A stretch of 64,000 nucleotides of DNA from Gemmatimonadaceae bacterium (GTDB taxonomy: Bacteria; Gemmatimonadota; Gemmatimonadetes; Gemmatimonadales; Gemmatimonadaceae), in contig DATLUQ010000002.1 in assembly GCA_035533015.1 (NCBI GenBank), positions 18,791 to 82,790 on the forward strand, in the 5' to 3' direction. The first letter of the stretch is position 1, and each line of letters begins with the position of its first letter. Of the stretch, positions 32,730 to 41,775 are shown in pieces. Made by a program: the position numbers and the translations under genes. The notes beneath the pieces are model-generated. The model saw nothing but the letters and a program-made list of their open reading frames with translations, did no database searches and was not told where the DNA came from.

Positions 32730-33808
32730 GCTGCCGCCACCTGAGGGAAGTATCGCCGCCGCGCCCAGAGCGCGACGTAGACGAGTCCGACCAGTGCCGG
32801 CACTTCGATGAGCGGTCCCACGACCGCCGCCAGCGCTTCGCCCGAGCCGATGCCGAACGTCGCCACCGCTACCGCGATCGCGAGTTCAAAATTGTTGCCG
32901 GCCGCGGTGAACGACAGCGCTGCCGTCTCCTCGTAGCTGAACCCCAACTTCATCGACACGACGAAGGCGAGCCCGAACATCACGGTGAAGTACGCCACCA
33001 GGGGCAGCGCGATGCGCGCCACATCCATTGGCAGGCGCACGATACGATCGCCCTGCATGGCGAACATGAGCACGATCGTGTAGAGCAGTCCGACGAGTGC
33101 CGTGGGCCCGATGCGGCGGATGAACACTCCATCGTACCACGCGGCCCCGCGACGCGCGACGAGCACGCGGCGTGTGAGATACCCACCGAGCAGCGGCACG
33201 CCGAGGAAGATTCCCACGCTCTTCGCGATGGCGCCCATCGAGACGTTGAGCGCTGCCGTGTCAGCGCCGAACCACCGCGGTACCACCGCCAGAAACAGAT
33301 ACCCGAGCAGCGAGTACGTGAGAATCTGGAACACCGAGTTCAACGCCACGAGTACGGCCGCCAACTCCCCCGATCCACAGGCGAGCGCGTTCCAGATCAG
33401 GACCATCGCAATGCAGCGCGCCAACCCGATCATGATCAGCCCATTGCGGTAATGCGGCAGATCGGGCAGCAAGAGCCACGCCAGCGCGAACATGACGATC
33501 GGCCCCGCCACCCAGTTGAGAGCCAGCGAGGTGCCGAGCAGCCGCCGGTCCGCCATGTGCGCGCCGATCGATTCGTAGCGCACCTTGGCAAGCACGGGAT
33601 ACATCATCCACAGAAGGCCCAGACCGATCGGCACCGAGACGCCCGCCAACTGCACGCGGTCCAGCAGGGCGCCGAGGTCGGGGAAGATCCGTCCGAGCAG
33701 CAGCCCCGCGCCCATCGCCGCAAAGATCCAGAGCGGGAGGAAACGGTCGAGCGTGGACAGCCGGCGAGAGACCGGGCCGGGGAGCGTGCCGGCCTCAGCC
33801 ATGCGCAT
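32726..33808 (-). CDS. acr3: ACR3 family arsenite efflux transporter
   Basis: LSTLDRFLPLWIFAAMGAGLLLG and a 10-TM profile typical of Acr3. It lies in the ars operon. Confidence 0.88.
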   Translation of the reverse strand: MRMAEAGTLPGPVSRRLSTLDRFLPLWIFAAMGAGLLLGRIFPDLGALLDRVQLAGVSVPIGLGLLWMMYPVLAKVRYESIGAHMADRRLLGTSLALNWVAGPIVMFALAWLLLPDLPHYRNGLIMIGLARCIAMVLIWNALACGSGELAAVLVALNSVFQILTYSLLGYLFLAVVPRWFGADTAALNVSMGAIAKSVGIFLGVPLLGGYLTRRVLVARRGAAWYDGVFIRRIGPTALVGLLYTIVLMFAMQGDRIVRLPMDVARIALPLVAYFTVMFGLAFVVSMKLGFSYEETAALSFTAAGNNFELAIAVAVATFGIGSGEALAAVVGPLIEVPALVGLVYVALWARRRYFPQVAAA

Positions 33809-35207
33809 TCACCGCGCGCACCATCGCGACCGCCGACGCCGGACACGCGTCCTTGAACTCCGCCGTGGCGCGCACGGCTTCGGGGACCGCGTCACGCGCC
33901 ACCGGCTCGAAGCCGAAGCTCGGGAAGTACCGCTCCGCCGTGGTGGTCAGCAGATAGAGCGCGTGCGTGCCGGCGGCGTCCGACGCGGCGATGAGCCGCA
34001 TGACGAGGGCGCGGCCCACCCCGCGGCTTCTCCACTCCGTCCTCACCGCCACCGACCGCAGCAGCGCATTGTCGCAGCAGTCTTCCAACCCGCCCACGCC
34101 GATGATCGCACCGTCCGATTCGGCGACGATGAACCCAGACGCCGGGCGTCCGAGCGCCTCGCGTACGCCGACCACCGGCAGCTGCGAGGCGGCGAGCAGC
34201 CCCTCCACCGCGTCCGCGTCGTCCGGTCGCGCTTCGCGCAGGGCGAACGGCGCCGGCTTGGTGGCTCGCACGAATGCCGCCCCCACCCGCCCCGCCACCT
34301 CGGCGGCCACGCGTTCCACGTCGAGGCCGGTGTTGACGAGAAATGCGCGAGCATCCTCGACCTCGTATACGCGCGTCATCTCCACGCTCGGCGACGCGAA
34401 CCCCGCATCGCTCAGCAGCGAAACGAACTCGTCGTCCTGCAACGCGCCGGCCACGCAGCCCACCCACAGTTCCATGCTGCGCTTCACGTCGGGCGGAAGT
34501 TCGCCGCGCACGACCACGTCCGAGACGGCGAATCGTCCGCCGGGTTTGAGCACCCGGAACGCCTCGCGGATCACGCGCCGCTTGTCGCCCGACAGATTGA
34601 TCACGCAGTTGGAGATGATCACGTCCACCGACTCGCTGGGAAGCGGGATCTCCTCGATGCGCCCGCGCAGGAACTCGACGTTCGTGACCCCCGCGTCGCG
34701 CGCGTTGCGCCGCGCCAGTTCCAGCATCTCGTCCGTCATGTCGAGGCCGTATGCCTTGCCGGTAGGACCCACCCGGCGCGCCGAGAGCAGCACGTCGATC
34801 CCGCCGCCGGACCCGAGATCGAGCACCACCTCGCCCGCGCGCAACTCGGCGAGCGCCGTCGGGTTCCCGCAGCCGAGCGAAGCGAGCACTGCCGCCTCGG
34901 GAAGTTCGTCGGTCTCACCCAGCACGTAGAGGCCGGCCGTGATCGGGTCCACGGTTCCGTCGAAGGCGGCGCCCCCGCAGCACGAGTTCACGGGCCCGCA
35001 GCAGCTCGCGGCGGCGCCAGCGGTGGCGAGCACGCGCTGCGCCGCCGCGCCGTACTTCTCGCGCACCGTGGCGGTGAGGGCGTCGGCCGTCGTCGTGGCC
35101 GTGTGCGTCGCCGCGGGTTCCTCGTTGCAGCAGTCGGGGCCGCAGCACGCGGCGCCGGCATCAGCCTTGGTGACGATCGGCAGAATGGGCATGGGGTCCT
35201 CAGTCAT
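33795..35207 (-). CDS. arsM: arsenite methyltransferase fused to ArsN2-type GNAT acetyltransferase
   Basis: Cys pairs (CCGPDCC, SCCGPVNSCCGG). SAM MTase motifs are VLDLGSGGGIDV, VIISNCVINL and LKPGGRFAVSD. The C-terminal roughly 150 aa are GNAT (LRSVAVRTEWRSRGVGRALV..LYLLTTTAERYFPSFGF..EFKDACPASAVAM). Confidence 0.8.
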   Translation of the reverse strand: MTEDPMPILPIVTKADAGAACCGPDCCNEEPAATHTATTTADALTATVREKYGAAAQRVLATAGAAASCCGPVNSCCGGAAFDGTVDPITAGLYVLGETDELPEAAVLASLGCGNPTALAELRAGEVVLDLGSGGGIDVLLSARRVGPTGKAYGLDMTDEMLELARRNARDAGVTNVEFLRGRIEEIPLPSESVDVIISNCVINLSGDKRRVIREAFRVLKPGGRFAVSDVVVRGELPPDVKRSMELWVGCVAGALQDDEFVSLLSDAGFASPSVEMTRVYEVEDARAFLVNTGLDVERVAAEVAGRVGAAFVRATKPAPFALREARPDDADAVEGLLAASQLPVVGVREALGRPASGFIVAESDGAIIGVGGLEDCCDNALLRSVAVRTEWRSRGVGRALVMRLIAASDAAGTHALYLLTTTAERYFPSFGFEPVARDAVPEAVRATAEFKDACPASAVAMVRAVNAHG

Positions 35208-35221
35208 CAATAATGGTTGAT
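35206..35221. promoter_or_regulatory. ATCAA-N6-TTGAT inverted repeat (candidate ArsR operator 1)
   Basis: ATCAATAATGGTTGAT overlapping the arsM start region. Confidence 0.45.
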
Positions 35222-35261
35222 ATATTCGGCGCAGCGGCGGCGGTCGTCGGCATTCGGCTGG

Positions 35262-35594
35262 TCAGCCGCAGCAGCGGCCGCGCCGCAGCATGGGGAGCCG
35301 GCCGCGCCGCGGCTCCAGCGTCACGGACACCGCGTGGACCTCGGCCACCGTCGCGGGCTCGATGGTGTAGTACGACCAGCGGCCCTCTTTGCGGTCGGTC
35401 ACCAGTCCCGCGTCCTTGAGTACGCGCAGGTGGAACGAGAGGCGCGACTGCGCGGCGCCGAGTTGGTCCTGCAACTCGCATACGCACCGCTCCCCATCTC
35501 GCAGCATGTCCATCACGGCGAGGCGCGTGGGATCGGAGAGCGCGTGAAAGAGCTGCGCGGCCCGAGCGAGGTCGAGAACGGCGGCGGTGGCCAT
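35262..35594 (-). CDS. arsR: ArsR/SmtB family metalloregulator
   Basis: LFHALSDPTRLAVMDMLRDGERCVCELQ (CVC metalloid site) and the HTH SRLSFHLRVLKDAGLV. Confidence 0.9.
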   Translation of the reverse strand: MATAAVLDLARAAQLFHALSDPTRLAVMDMLRDGERCVCELQDQLGAAQSRLSFHLRVLKDAGLVTDRKEGRWSYYTIEPATVAEVHAVSVTLEPRRGRLPMLRRGRCCG

Positions 35595-35606
35595 GCCCGC
35601 AATTAT

Positions 35607-35622
35607 ATCAACTGAAATTGAT
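35607..35622. promoter_or_regulatory. ATCAA-N6-TTGAT inverted repeat (candidate ArsR operator 2)
   Basis: ATCAACTGAAATTGAT in an AT-rich patch 13 nt upstream of the arsR start codon. Confidence 0.5.
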
Positions 35623-35708
35623 TAGTCAACTCCCCACCGAGGAGGTCGACCAGCGGGCCGCGGGACCTGCCGTATGTTGCGCCGTCGGACGGGCCGACCA
35701 ACCGTGCC

Positions 35709-35966
35709 TCACCGCGCGCCGAGCGGTTTCGGTATATCGCCGTCGCGCGCGATCTCGAGCAGTTGCTTGCCGATCACGTGGTGGGTGGCGAGCACGGCGA
35801 GCGTCACGCCGCCGAGCGAAATCCAGGTCACGTGCGTGAGGGCGGGGTCCATGCCACCCGTTGGCGTGCGGCGGCTGATGTAGGCGACCACGACATACAA
35901 CGCGATGATGGCGCCGCACACGGCGTAGGCTCCGAGTCCGAGCAGGCGGGCGATCGTTTTCGGCAT
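35709..35966 (-). CDS. small two-TM membrane protein
   Basis: 85 aa with two hydrophobic helices (LLGLGAYAVCGAIIALYVVVAYI; WISLGGVTLAVLATHHVI). No recognised family. Confidence 0.4.
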   Translation of the reverse strand: MPKTIARLLGLGAYAVCGAIIALYVVVAYISRRTPTGGMDPALTHVTWISLGGVTLAVLATHHVIGKQLLEIARDGDIPKPLGAR

Positions 35967-36044
35967 CGACGGCGTCTCCGGTGGTGGCGTGAGGGTCGGT
36001 GTTGAAATTTGCGACGGCGGGGGCGCGGCGTCGAGAGCCCGGCG

Positions 36045-38072
36045 TCAGTACGGCACGACGACGGCGTGCGGAGCGCCCGCGCTATCACGGTCCACGTAGG
36101 CGCGGAACCAGTGCCGGTCGCCGAAGCGTGGGCGCAGAACATCGTTCCGGTCGCCGAGGTCGGCCGCGTAGATCACGTCGCCGGCCAGCCGTTGGTCGGG
36201 GCCGATCGAGTCGAGCAGGAGGCCGACCCCGAACGGCAGGCCGCCGTAGCGCGCGTCCGCGGAGAGTTGCTCCTTGCAGTCGGGCGTGAGCGACAGAACC
36301 GACGAGATGTGAATGGTGGGATCGAGCGCGCGGACGGGCGCCGGGCCCGGCGCGTACGTCGCGATGCGGGCGGCGGCCGCCGCGGCGCGCTCGGCGGGGG
36401 GCTGCGTGGTGTCGGCCTCGGCGAATTGCACCGCCGCGAGGATGGAGCAGGCATCGCCGTGCGCCAGGGCTTCGGCGGCCGCGGTGCGCGTGAATCCCAC
36501 GCCCCACAGCCGGCGCGCGAGGCGGCCGCTGAACGGCTCGTGGACGAACACCACGGCGTGATGCGCGCCCGCCGCACGCGCCGCCGCGGCGAGATCTACC
36601 TTGAAAGTCGTGCGGGCGTCACGCACCTCGGTGACCAGACCCGCGGCGCCGTAGGGCGGCATGGGCACGAGCCACGCCACGGCCAGACATGTGAGCACGA
36701 CGAGCGGCGCGGCGTGCCGCCAATAGCCGCCCCAGCGCTCGGCCACGAGAAACGGCGCGCGGGCAAGGAAGACGATGACCACGGGGATGGCGGTGTAGAG
36801 AAACCGCGGCCCCAGGAACTCGCCGTCGTGCCAGTACAGGGCATACGCCACGACTTGGGCACCGAACAGGCCGAGCAGCAGCCCATCCCACCGGGAGGTG
36901 CGCCGCATCGATAGGAGGCCCGCGATCGCGACGAGCAGCGCCGGCAGCGGCCACGCCACGACGTAGCTGTTCAACTCGCTCAGGTACTTGGCGGTGAGGA
37001 CGAGCGCCCGGATCGGAGTGTGCGCCACCCCCTGCGGATCGACGTGGAAGCCCAGACGGGTGGCCGGCCCCCACATGACTTCATAAGCAAAATGGAATAT
37101 TCCGCCGGTGGTAGCCCAATTGGCGTAGAGCAGCGGTGCGACGCCCGCCGCACCGGCCAGCGCCTGAACCGCCAGGTCCCGCCACCGGCGGGGTGACCGA
37201 CCGATGACCGTCAGTTGGAACACGCCGACCGACGCCGATGCGACCAGCGCGTCGAGCGGTCGGATCGTGGCCATGGCGCCAAGCGCGAAGCCCATGCCGG
37301 CAGCGATGACCATGCCGCGCCCCGGTGTGACCGCACGCTCCCACTCGGTAAGCGCGGCCAGCACCGCCACGGCGAGCAGCAGTACGGGTACGTGGTTCAT
37401 GTAGCTGGCGGACATGAGCAGGGTCACGGGGCTGAGCGCGAACAGCACGGCCACGGCCCGGCCCTGCGTCTCCCCGTAGGCACGCCGCGCGAAGTGATAG
37501 AGCAGAGCGGCGGTGAGGCCTCCGAGCAATGGATCGAGCAACCACGGGACGCGGATCAGGTATGCCACGGCGAGGACCAGCGGCCCGCCGATCGGGAATT
37601 GTGAATACCACTTGCCCGTGTCGATCACGTTGTCGACGGCAAAGAACTCCGCGTTCGGGTCGGCGGGGAGCGCCAGGTGGCCGTGGAGCAGAATGCGGGC
37701 GTGCCAGAGTTGGGCGATCTCGTCGGCCGTGGTGGGCGCGAAGTGAAAGGCGTAGGAGGCGAGGAGGGTGCTCAGCGCAGCGAACGCGGCGCCGATCAGC
37801 ACCGCGAAGGCGAGCGGCGGCGGCCGGCGGAGCCACGCCGCGAGCCGGAACGGAAGGGCACGCAGCCAGGGAAGTGGGAGCGCGGCGAGGGCCAGCACAG
37901 GCCCCACGGTGAGGAGCGCGGCGCCGCTCCAGAAACGCAGATTCTCGCGCCACAGACCGCCGTCGGGAACGATCATGGGCAGCGGAAAGACGCCCACGAG
38001 GAACAGCCCCAGCACGGCGACAACGGCCAGCCGCGGGATCTGCTGGCGGTCGGGCCCGCGGCCCCCGCTCAC
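36045..38072 (-). CDS. GT39/ArnT-like membrane glycosyltransferase (paralog 2)
   Basis: ORF 36045..39290 trimmed to the GTG overlapping the upstream stop (GTGA). It is polytopic, with the PMT/ArnT-like block WYSQFPIGGPLVLAVAYL..LLGGLTAALLYHFARRAYG. An alternative ATG start exists at 37976. Confidence 0.65.
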   Translation of the reverse strand: MSGGRGPDRQQIPRLAVVAVLGLFLVGVFPLPMIVPDGGLWRENLRFWSGAALLTVGPVLALAALPLPWLRALPFRLAAWLRRPPPLAFAVLIGAAFAALSTLLASYAFHFAPTTADEIAQLWHARILLHGHLALPADPNAEFFAVDNVIDTGKWYSQFPIGGPLVLAVAYLIRVPWLLDPLLGGLTAALLYHFARRAYGETQGRAVAVLFALSPVTLLMSASYMNHVPVLLLAVAVLAALTEWERAVTPGRGMVIAAGMGFALGAMATIRPLDALVASASVGVFQLTVIGRSPRRWRDLAVQALAGAAGVAPLLYANWATTGGIFHFAYEVMWGPATRLGFHVDPQGVAHTPIRALVLTAKYLSELNSYVVAWPLPALLVAIAGLLSMRRTSRWDGLLLGLFGAQVVAYALYWHDGEFLGPRFLYTAIPVVIVFLARAPFLVAERWGGYWRHAAPLVVLTCLAVAWLVPMPPYGAAGLVTEVRDARTTFKVDLAAAARAAGAHHAVVFVHEPFSGRLARRLWGVGFTRTAAAEALAHGDACSILAAVQFAEADTTQPPAERAAAAAARIATYAPGPAPVRALDPTIHISSVLSLTPDCKEQLSADARYGGLPFGVGLLLDSIGPDQRLAGDVIYAADLGDRNDVLRPRFGDRHWFRAYVDRDSAGAPHAVVVPY

Positions 38073-39547
38073 CGTTCGCTCCCTTTGCGTTCGGCCACGT
38101 ATACGTTGGCATCGCGCGCGTGCATGGCCGGCGCGACCGGCCCGAAATGCGCGGTGTCCACCATGCCCACGGCGATGGCCCAGGACACGGTCTGGTCGTA
38201 GCGCGCGTTCAACACGATGATCTCGCGCATGGTCGCGCTGTCGGGCGTGGAAAGGAGCGCCGTGTCGACGCCGGCGCGGAGGAGATAGTACTGCAGCGGG
38301 GCGTTCGACGGAATCCACGCGAGCACGCGATCGCCGGGCTGCGCCCGAGTGGCGAGGGCGTTGGCCACAGGCTGCGCGCCGGCGAAGACGCCGGTGTCGG
38401 TGGATTGGCCGACGGCATCGGTCGCGAGTCCCCAGGCGACGCCGGCAAATGCCGCGACGGCGGCGATCACCGGAACGAACGGGCCCGCCTTCGCGACGAG
38501 CGGCCACCGCAACTTCAGGTCCGCCGCCGTCCCCGCGGCGAGCGCCGCCACCGGGATCACCCAGATCCACGTGCGTGCGAACGGGACGCGGTGCGTAGCC
38601 ACGAGCAGCACCGCGCTCCAGACGCCAGCCGCCACCAGCACCGGCACCCCCTCGCGCGACAGGCGCGCCGATCGCGCGACGCCGACGGCTGCGGCCGCGG
38701 CGAGCAGCGCTCCCACCAGCGCGGGGTACGGCTGGGCCCAACTCGCGAGCGTGAATCCCAGGCTGGGAAGGAGTTGCCGGTAGAAGGCCGGCCAGGACGA
38801 AGCCACGACGAACTTGTTTCCCACGAGCGCGGCGAATCCGTTGACGTGGATGATGGGCAGGTAGGCGAGCAGCGTGAGCGCGGCTGCCGCGGCAAGCGCG
38901 GCGGCGAGCGCGGCCAACACGGGCACCGCCTGCCGACCACGCTCGACGACAAGGGTGAGGGCCAGCCAGAGCGCGACGGCGCCGAGTGGGTACAGCATCA
39001 CGGGAATGGTGGCCATTCCGGCCGCGCCGACCACGGCGAACGCGGCCCATTGCCGGAGCGTGCCGCCGCCGGCGCGAATGTGTGCGGCGACGAGCAACAG
39101 TGCGAGATACGCCGCGGCCACGACGGAGTAGCCGCGTGCATTGGCCGAGTACAGCACGAGCGGCGTGGCCGCCGCGGCCAAGGCGGCGCCGACCAGCGCC
39201 GCGGTGCGGGTGTACAGCACGCGCCCCACGGCATAGGTGAGTGGCACCACGGCCGCGCCGGCTGCGAAGGCCGGCAGGCGCAGCGACCACGGGGCGGCGC
39301 CGCCGAGCGCCGCCGTGACTTTGGCGACCAGCGTGTATAGCAGATGGTTATTTGGAAATTGATATGACGTGGCCGCGGTGTACCACGAGCGGCCGATGAA
39401 GTACAGGTATGTCACCGACTCGTCATAGCGCATGGGCTGGCCGAGAGCCGCGGCGCGCGCCACGAGGCCCGCGACGACGATGGCCGCCACCCCGAATCGC
39501 GTGGTCTCGTCCTCGTCATGCCACCAGCGGCGGAGCGCGTCGATCAT
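38069..39547 (-). CDS. GT39/ArnT-like membrane glycosyltransferase (paralog 1)
   Basis: Trimmed to MIDALRRWWHD (ATGA overlap with the deoA stop). Sequence RYDESVTYLYF..FPNNHLLYTLVAKV..LRLPAFAAGAAVVPLTYAVGR. Confidence 0.65.
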   Translation of the reverse strand: MIDALRRWWHDEDETTRFGVAAIVVAGLVARAAALGQPMRYDESVTYLYFIGRSWYTAATSYQFPNNHLLYTLVAKVTAALGGAAPWSLRLPAFAAGAAVVPLTYAVGRVLYTRTAALVGAALAAAATPLVLYSANARGYSVVAAAYLALLLVAAHIRAGGGTLRQWAAFAVVGAAGMATIPVMLYPLGAVALWLALTLVVERGRQAVPVLAALAAALAAAAALTLLAYLPIIHVNGFAALVGNKFVVASSWPAFYRQLLPSLGFTLASWAQPYPALVGALLAAAAAVGVARSARLSREGVPVLVAAGVWSAVLLVATHRVPFARTWIWVIPVAALAAGTAADLKLRWPLVAKAGPFVPVIAAVAAFAGVAWGLATDAVGQSTDTGVFAGAQPVANALATRAQPGDRVLAWIPSNAPLQYYLLRAGVDTALLSTPDSATMREIIVLNARYDQTVSWAIAVGMVDTAHFGPVAPAMHARDANVYVAERKGSER

Positions 39548-40878
39548 GCCGCGGGATACCGCTCGACGCCTGCCTGGCTCACGCGGTACGAGACCAGCGG
39601 CAGCGGCGGCTCGGCCCCGTCGCCGATCACGATGGCCTCGCCCAGGCACTCCCGGCCGGCGGCGACCCCGCCTGCATCACGTGCGAAAACCGTAGCCAGC
39701 GGCTCGCCCGCCTCCACCCAATCGCCCGGCCTTGCGGTGATCACGAAGCCGACGGTCGGGTCCACGCTGTCGGTGGTCCTGGTGCGGCCGCCGCCGAGGC
39801 GGGTAATGCCGTAGCCGATCGTCCGTGGTGCCACGTGCACCACGAACCCACGCCGTGGCGCGGCGAACAGTTCGCACTCCTGAGCTTGTGGCAAGAGCGC
39901 CGGATCGTCCACCACCGCCGGGTTGCCGCCCTGGGCCTCGATGATGCGCTGGAACTGCCGGGCCGCGTCGCCCTGGGCGATGGCCGACTCCATGCGACGT
40001 CGCGCCTCGCGCCGATCGGGGGCGGCGCCCGCGAGCAGCAGCATCTCGGCGCCCAGCGCATAGGTCACTTCCATCAGGTCCGGCGGCCCCTCCCCGTGGA
40101 GGGCGTGGATTGCCTCTTCGGTTTCGAGTGCGTTGCCGCATGCGCGGCCGAGGGGGCGGTCCATGGCGGTGAGCAGCGCCACCACGGGGCAGCCATGATC
40201 GGCGCCAAGCGAGACCATGGTCTTGGCGAGTTCCAATTCCGGGTCGAGTTCGGGGAGAAAGGCCCCGGAACCGCACTTGACGTCGAGCACCAGCCCGGTG
40301 AGTCCCTCGGCGAGCTTCTTGCTCATGATGCTGGCCGAAATGAGCGGGATGGACTCGACGGTCGCCGTGGCATCACGGAGGGCATACATCTTCTTGTCGG
40401 CGGGTGCGATCTCGTCGGTCTGTCCGATGAGCGCGCAGCCGATGGCTTCCAACTCATCCACCGCCTCGCGAAGCGAGAGGCGGGTTCGGAATCCGGGAAT
40501 CGCTTCGAGCTTGTCGAGCGTGCCCCCCGTGTGGCCCAGGCCGCGCCCCGACATCATCGGCACGGCGACACCGAGACACGAGATGAGCGGTGCGAGGATG
40601 AGCGACACCTTGTCGCCGACGCCGCCGGTGGAGTGCTTGTCGATACGCGGCTTGCCGAGGTGGGAGAGTTCGAGCCGCTTGCCGCTGTCGAGCATTGCCT
40701 GCGTGAGGGCTGCGGTCTCGTCGCGGTCGAGCCCGCGGATGAAGCACGCCATGAGGAACGCCGCCATCTGGTAGTCGGTAGTGTCGCCCGCGGTGTAGGC
40801 CCGTATGAGGGTCTCCCACTCTGCGGGTGTCAGGCGTTTGCCGTCGCGCTTCTTCTCGATCGTCAGTCGAGCGTCCAT
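39544..40878 (-). CDS. deoA: thymidine/pyrimidine-nucleoside phosphorylase
   Basis: DYQMAAFLMACFIRGL, the signature DKHSTGGVGDKVSLILAPL and SGRGLGHTGGTLDKLE. Confidence 0.93.
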   Translation of the reverse strand: MDARLTIEKKRDGKRLTPAEWETLIRAYTAGDTTDYQMAAFLMACFIRGLDRDETAALTQAMLDSGKRLELSHLGKPRIDKHSTGGVGDKVSLILAPLISCLGVAVPMMSGRGLGHTGGTLDKLEAIPGFRTRLSLREAVDELEAIGCALIGQTDEIAPADKKMYALRDATATVESIPLISASIMSKKLAEGLTGLVLDVKCGSGAFLPELDPELELAKTMVSLGADHGCPVVALLTAMDRPLGRACGNALETEEAIHALHGEGPPDLMEVTYALGAEMLLLAGAAPDRREARRRMESAIAQGDAARQFQRIIEAQGGNPAVVDDPALLPQAQECELFAAPRRGFVVHVAPRTIGYGITRLGGGRTRTTDSVDPTVGFVITARPGDWVEAGEPLATVFARDAGGVAAGRECLGEAIVIGDGAEPPLPLVSYRVSQAGVERYPAA

Positions 40879-40906
40879 TGACCGGTCACCAGGGTATTCC
40901 TAACGT
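40878..40906 (+). promoter_or_regulatory. sigma70-like promoter for the TPR-like gene
   Basis: TTGACC-17 nt-TAACGT(TG) about 85 nt upstream of the ATG at 40990. Confidence 0.35.
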
Positions 40907-40989
40907 TGACGGCAGCGCACAGACGCCGCCCAACGCTACAGGACGGGTAGCTGCGCTTCATACCACGATCCCCCTCAGGAGTGATCAGC

Positions 40990-41760
40990 ATGAAGCTCCA
41001 TATCGCGGCCGCGGCCGCCTTGCTCTGCCTCGGACGCGCGGCGAGCGCACAGTCGGCGGCAGACGCGATCGCGCGCGGCGACAGCGCCACCGCCGCATTG
41101 AACGCGACGAGCGCACTGGCCGATTACCAGGCGGCGATCAAGCTCGATTCGACGAATGCGGAAGCCCTCTGGAAGGCGGCGCGCGAAGCCGTGGATCTGG
41201 GGGAAGCCGCAGGGTTCGAGAATCAGGATCACGCGCGCGATAGTCTGTACAAGATCGCAGAACAATACGCCACGCGCGCGGTTCAGGCGAATCCCAATGT
41301 GGCCGTCACGCACTTCACGCTGGCCAAGGCGCTCGGACGCGCGGCACTGGCGGTGGGCGGACGTGACCGCGTGAAGTACGCGAAGCGAGTGCGGCAGGAG
41401 GCCCTGGCGGCGCTCAAGCTGGACTCGTTGGACGACGGTGCCTGGCACGTGATGGGCGAGTGGAACGCCGAGATCATGCGGTTGAATGGCTTCATGCGCT
41501 TCTTCGCCAAGACGCTGCTGGGGGGCCAGGTACTGGGCGAGGCGAACTGGGCCAGCGCGCAACGTGATCTGGAACACGCCGTGGCACTGCAACCCACACG
41601 CATTGTACACCACCTGGACCTGGGCCAGGTTTACGCCGACGTCGGCGACAAGGCCAAGGCGCGCGAGCAGTTCGAACTCGTGCTCAAGCTGCCGGCCACG
41701 GAATACAACGACAAGTACTACAAGCGCCAGGCCGAACAGGAGCTGGCCAAGTTACAATAG
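40990..41760 (+). CDS. secreted TPR-like helical repeat protein
   Basis: An AGGAG Shine-Dalgarno lies 8 nt upstream. Signal peptide MKLHIAAAAALLCLGRAASA-QS. The rest is helical repeats. Confidence 0.65.
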   Translation: MKLHIAAAAALLCLGRAASAQSAADAIARGDSATAALNATSALADYQAAIKLDSTNAEALWKAAREAVDLGEAAGFENQDHARDSLYKIAEQYATRAVQANPNVAVTHFTLAKALGRAALAVGGRDRVKYAKRVRQEALAALKLDSLDDGAWHVMGEWNAEIMRLNGFMRFFAKTLLGGQVLGEANWASAQRDLEHAVALQPTRIVHHLDLGQVYADVGDKAKAREQFELVLKLPATEYNDKYYKRQAEQELAKLQ

Positions 41761-41775
41761 AAAGAACGGAGCCCC

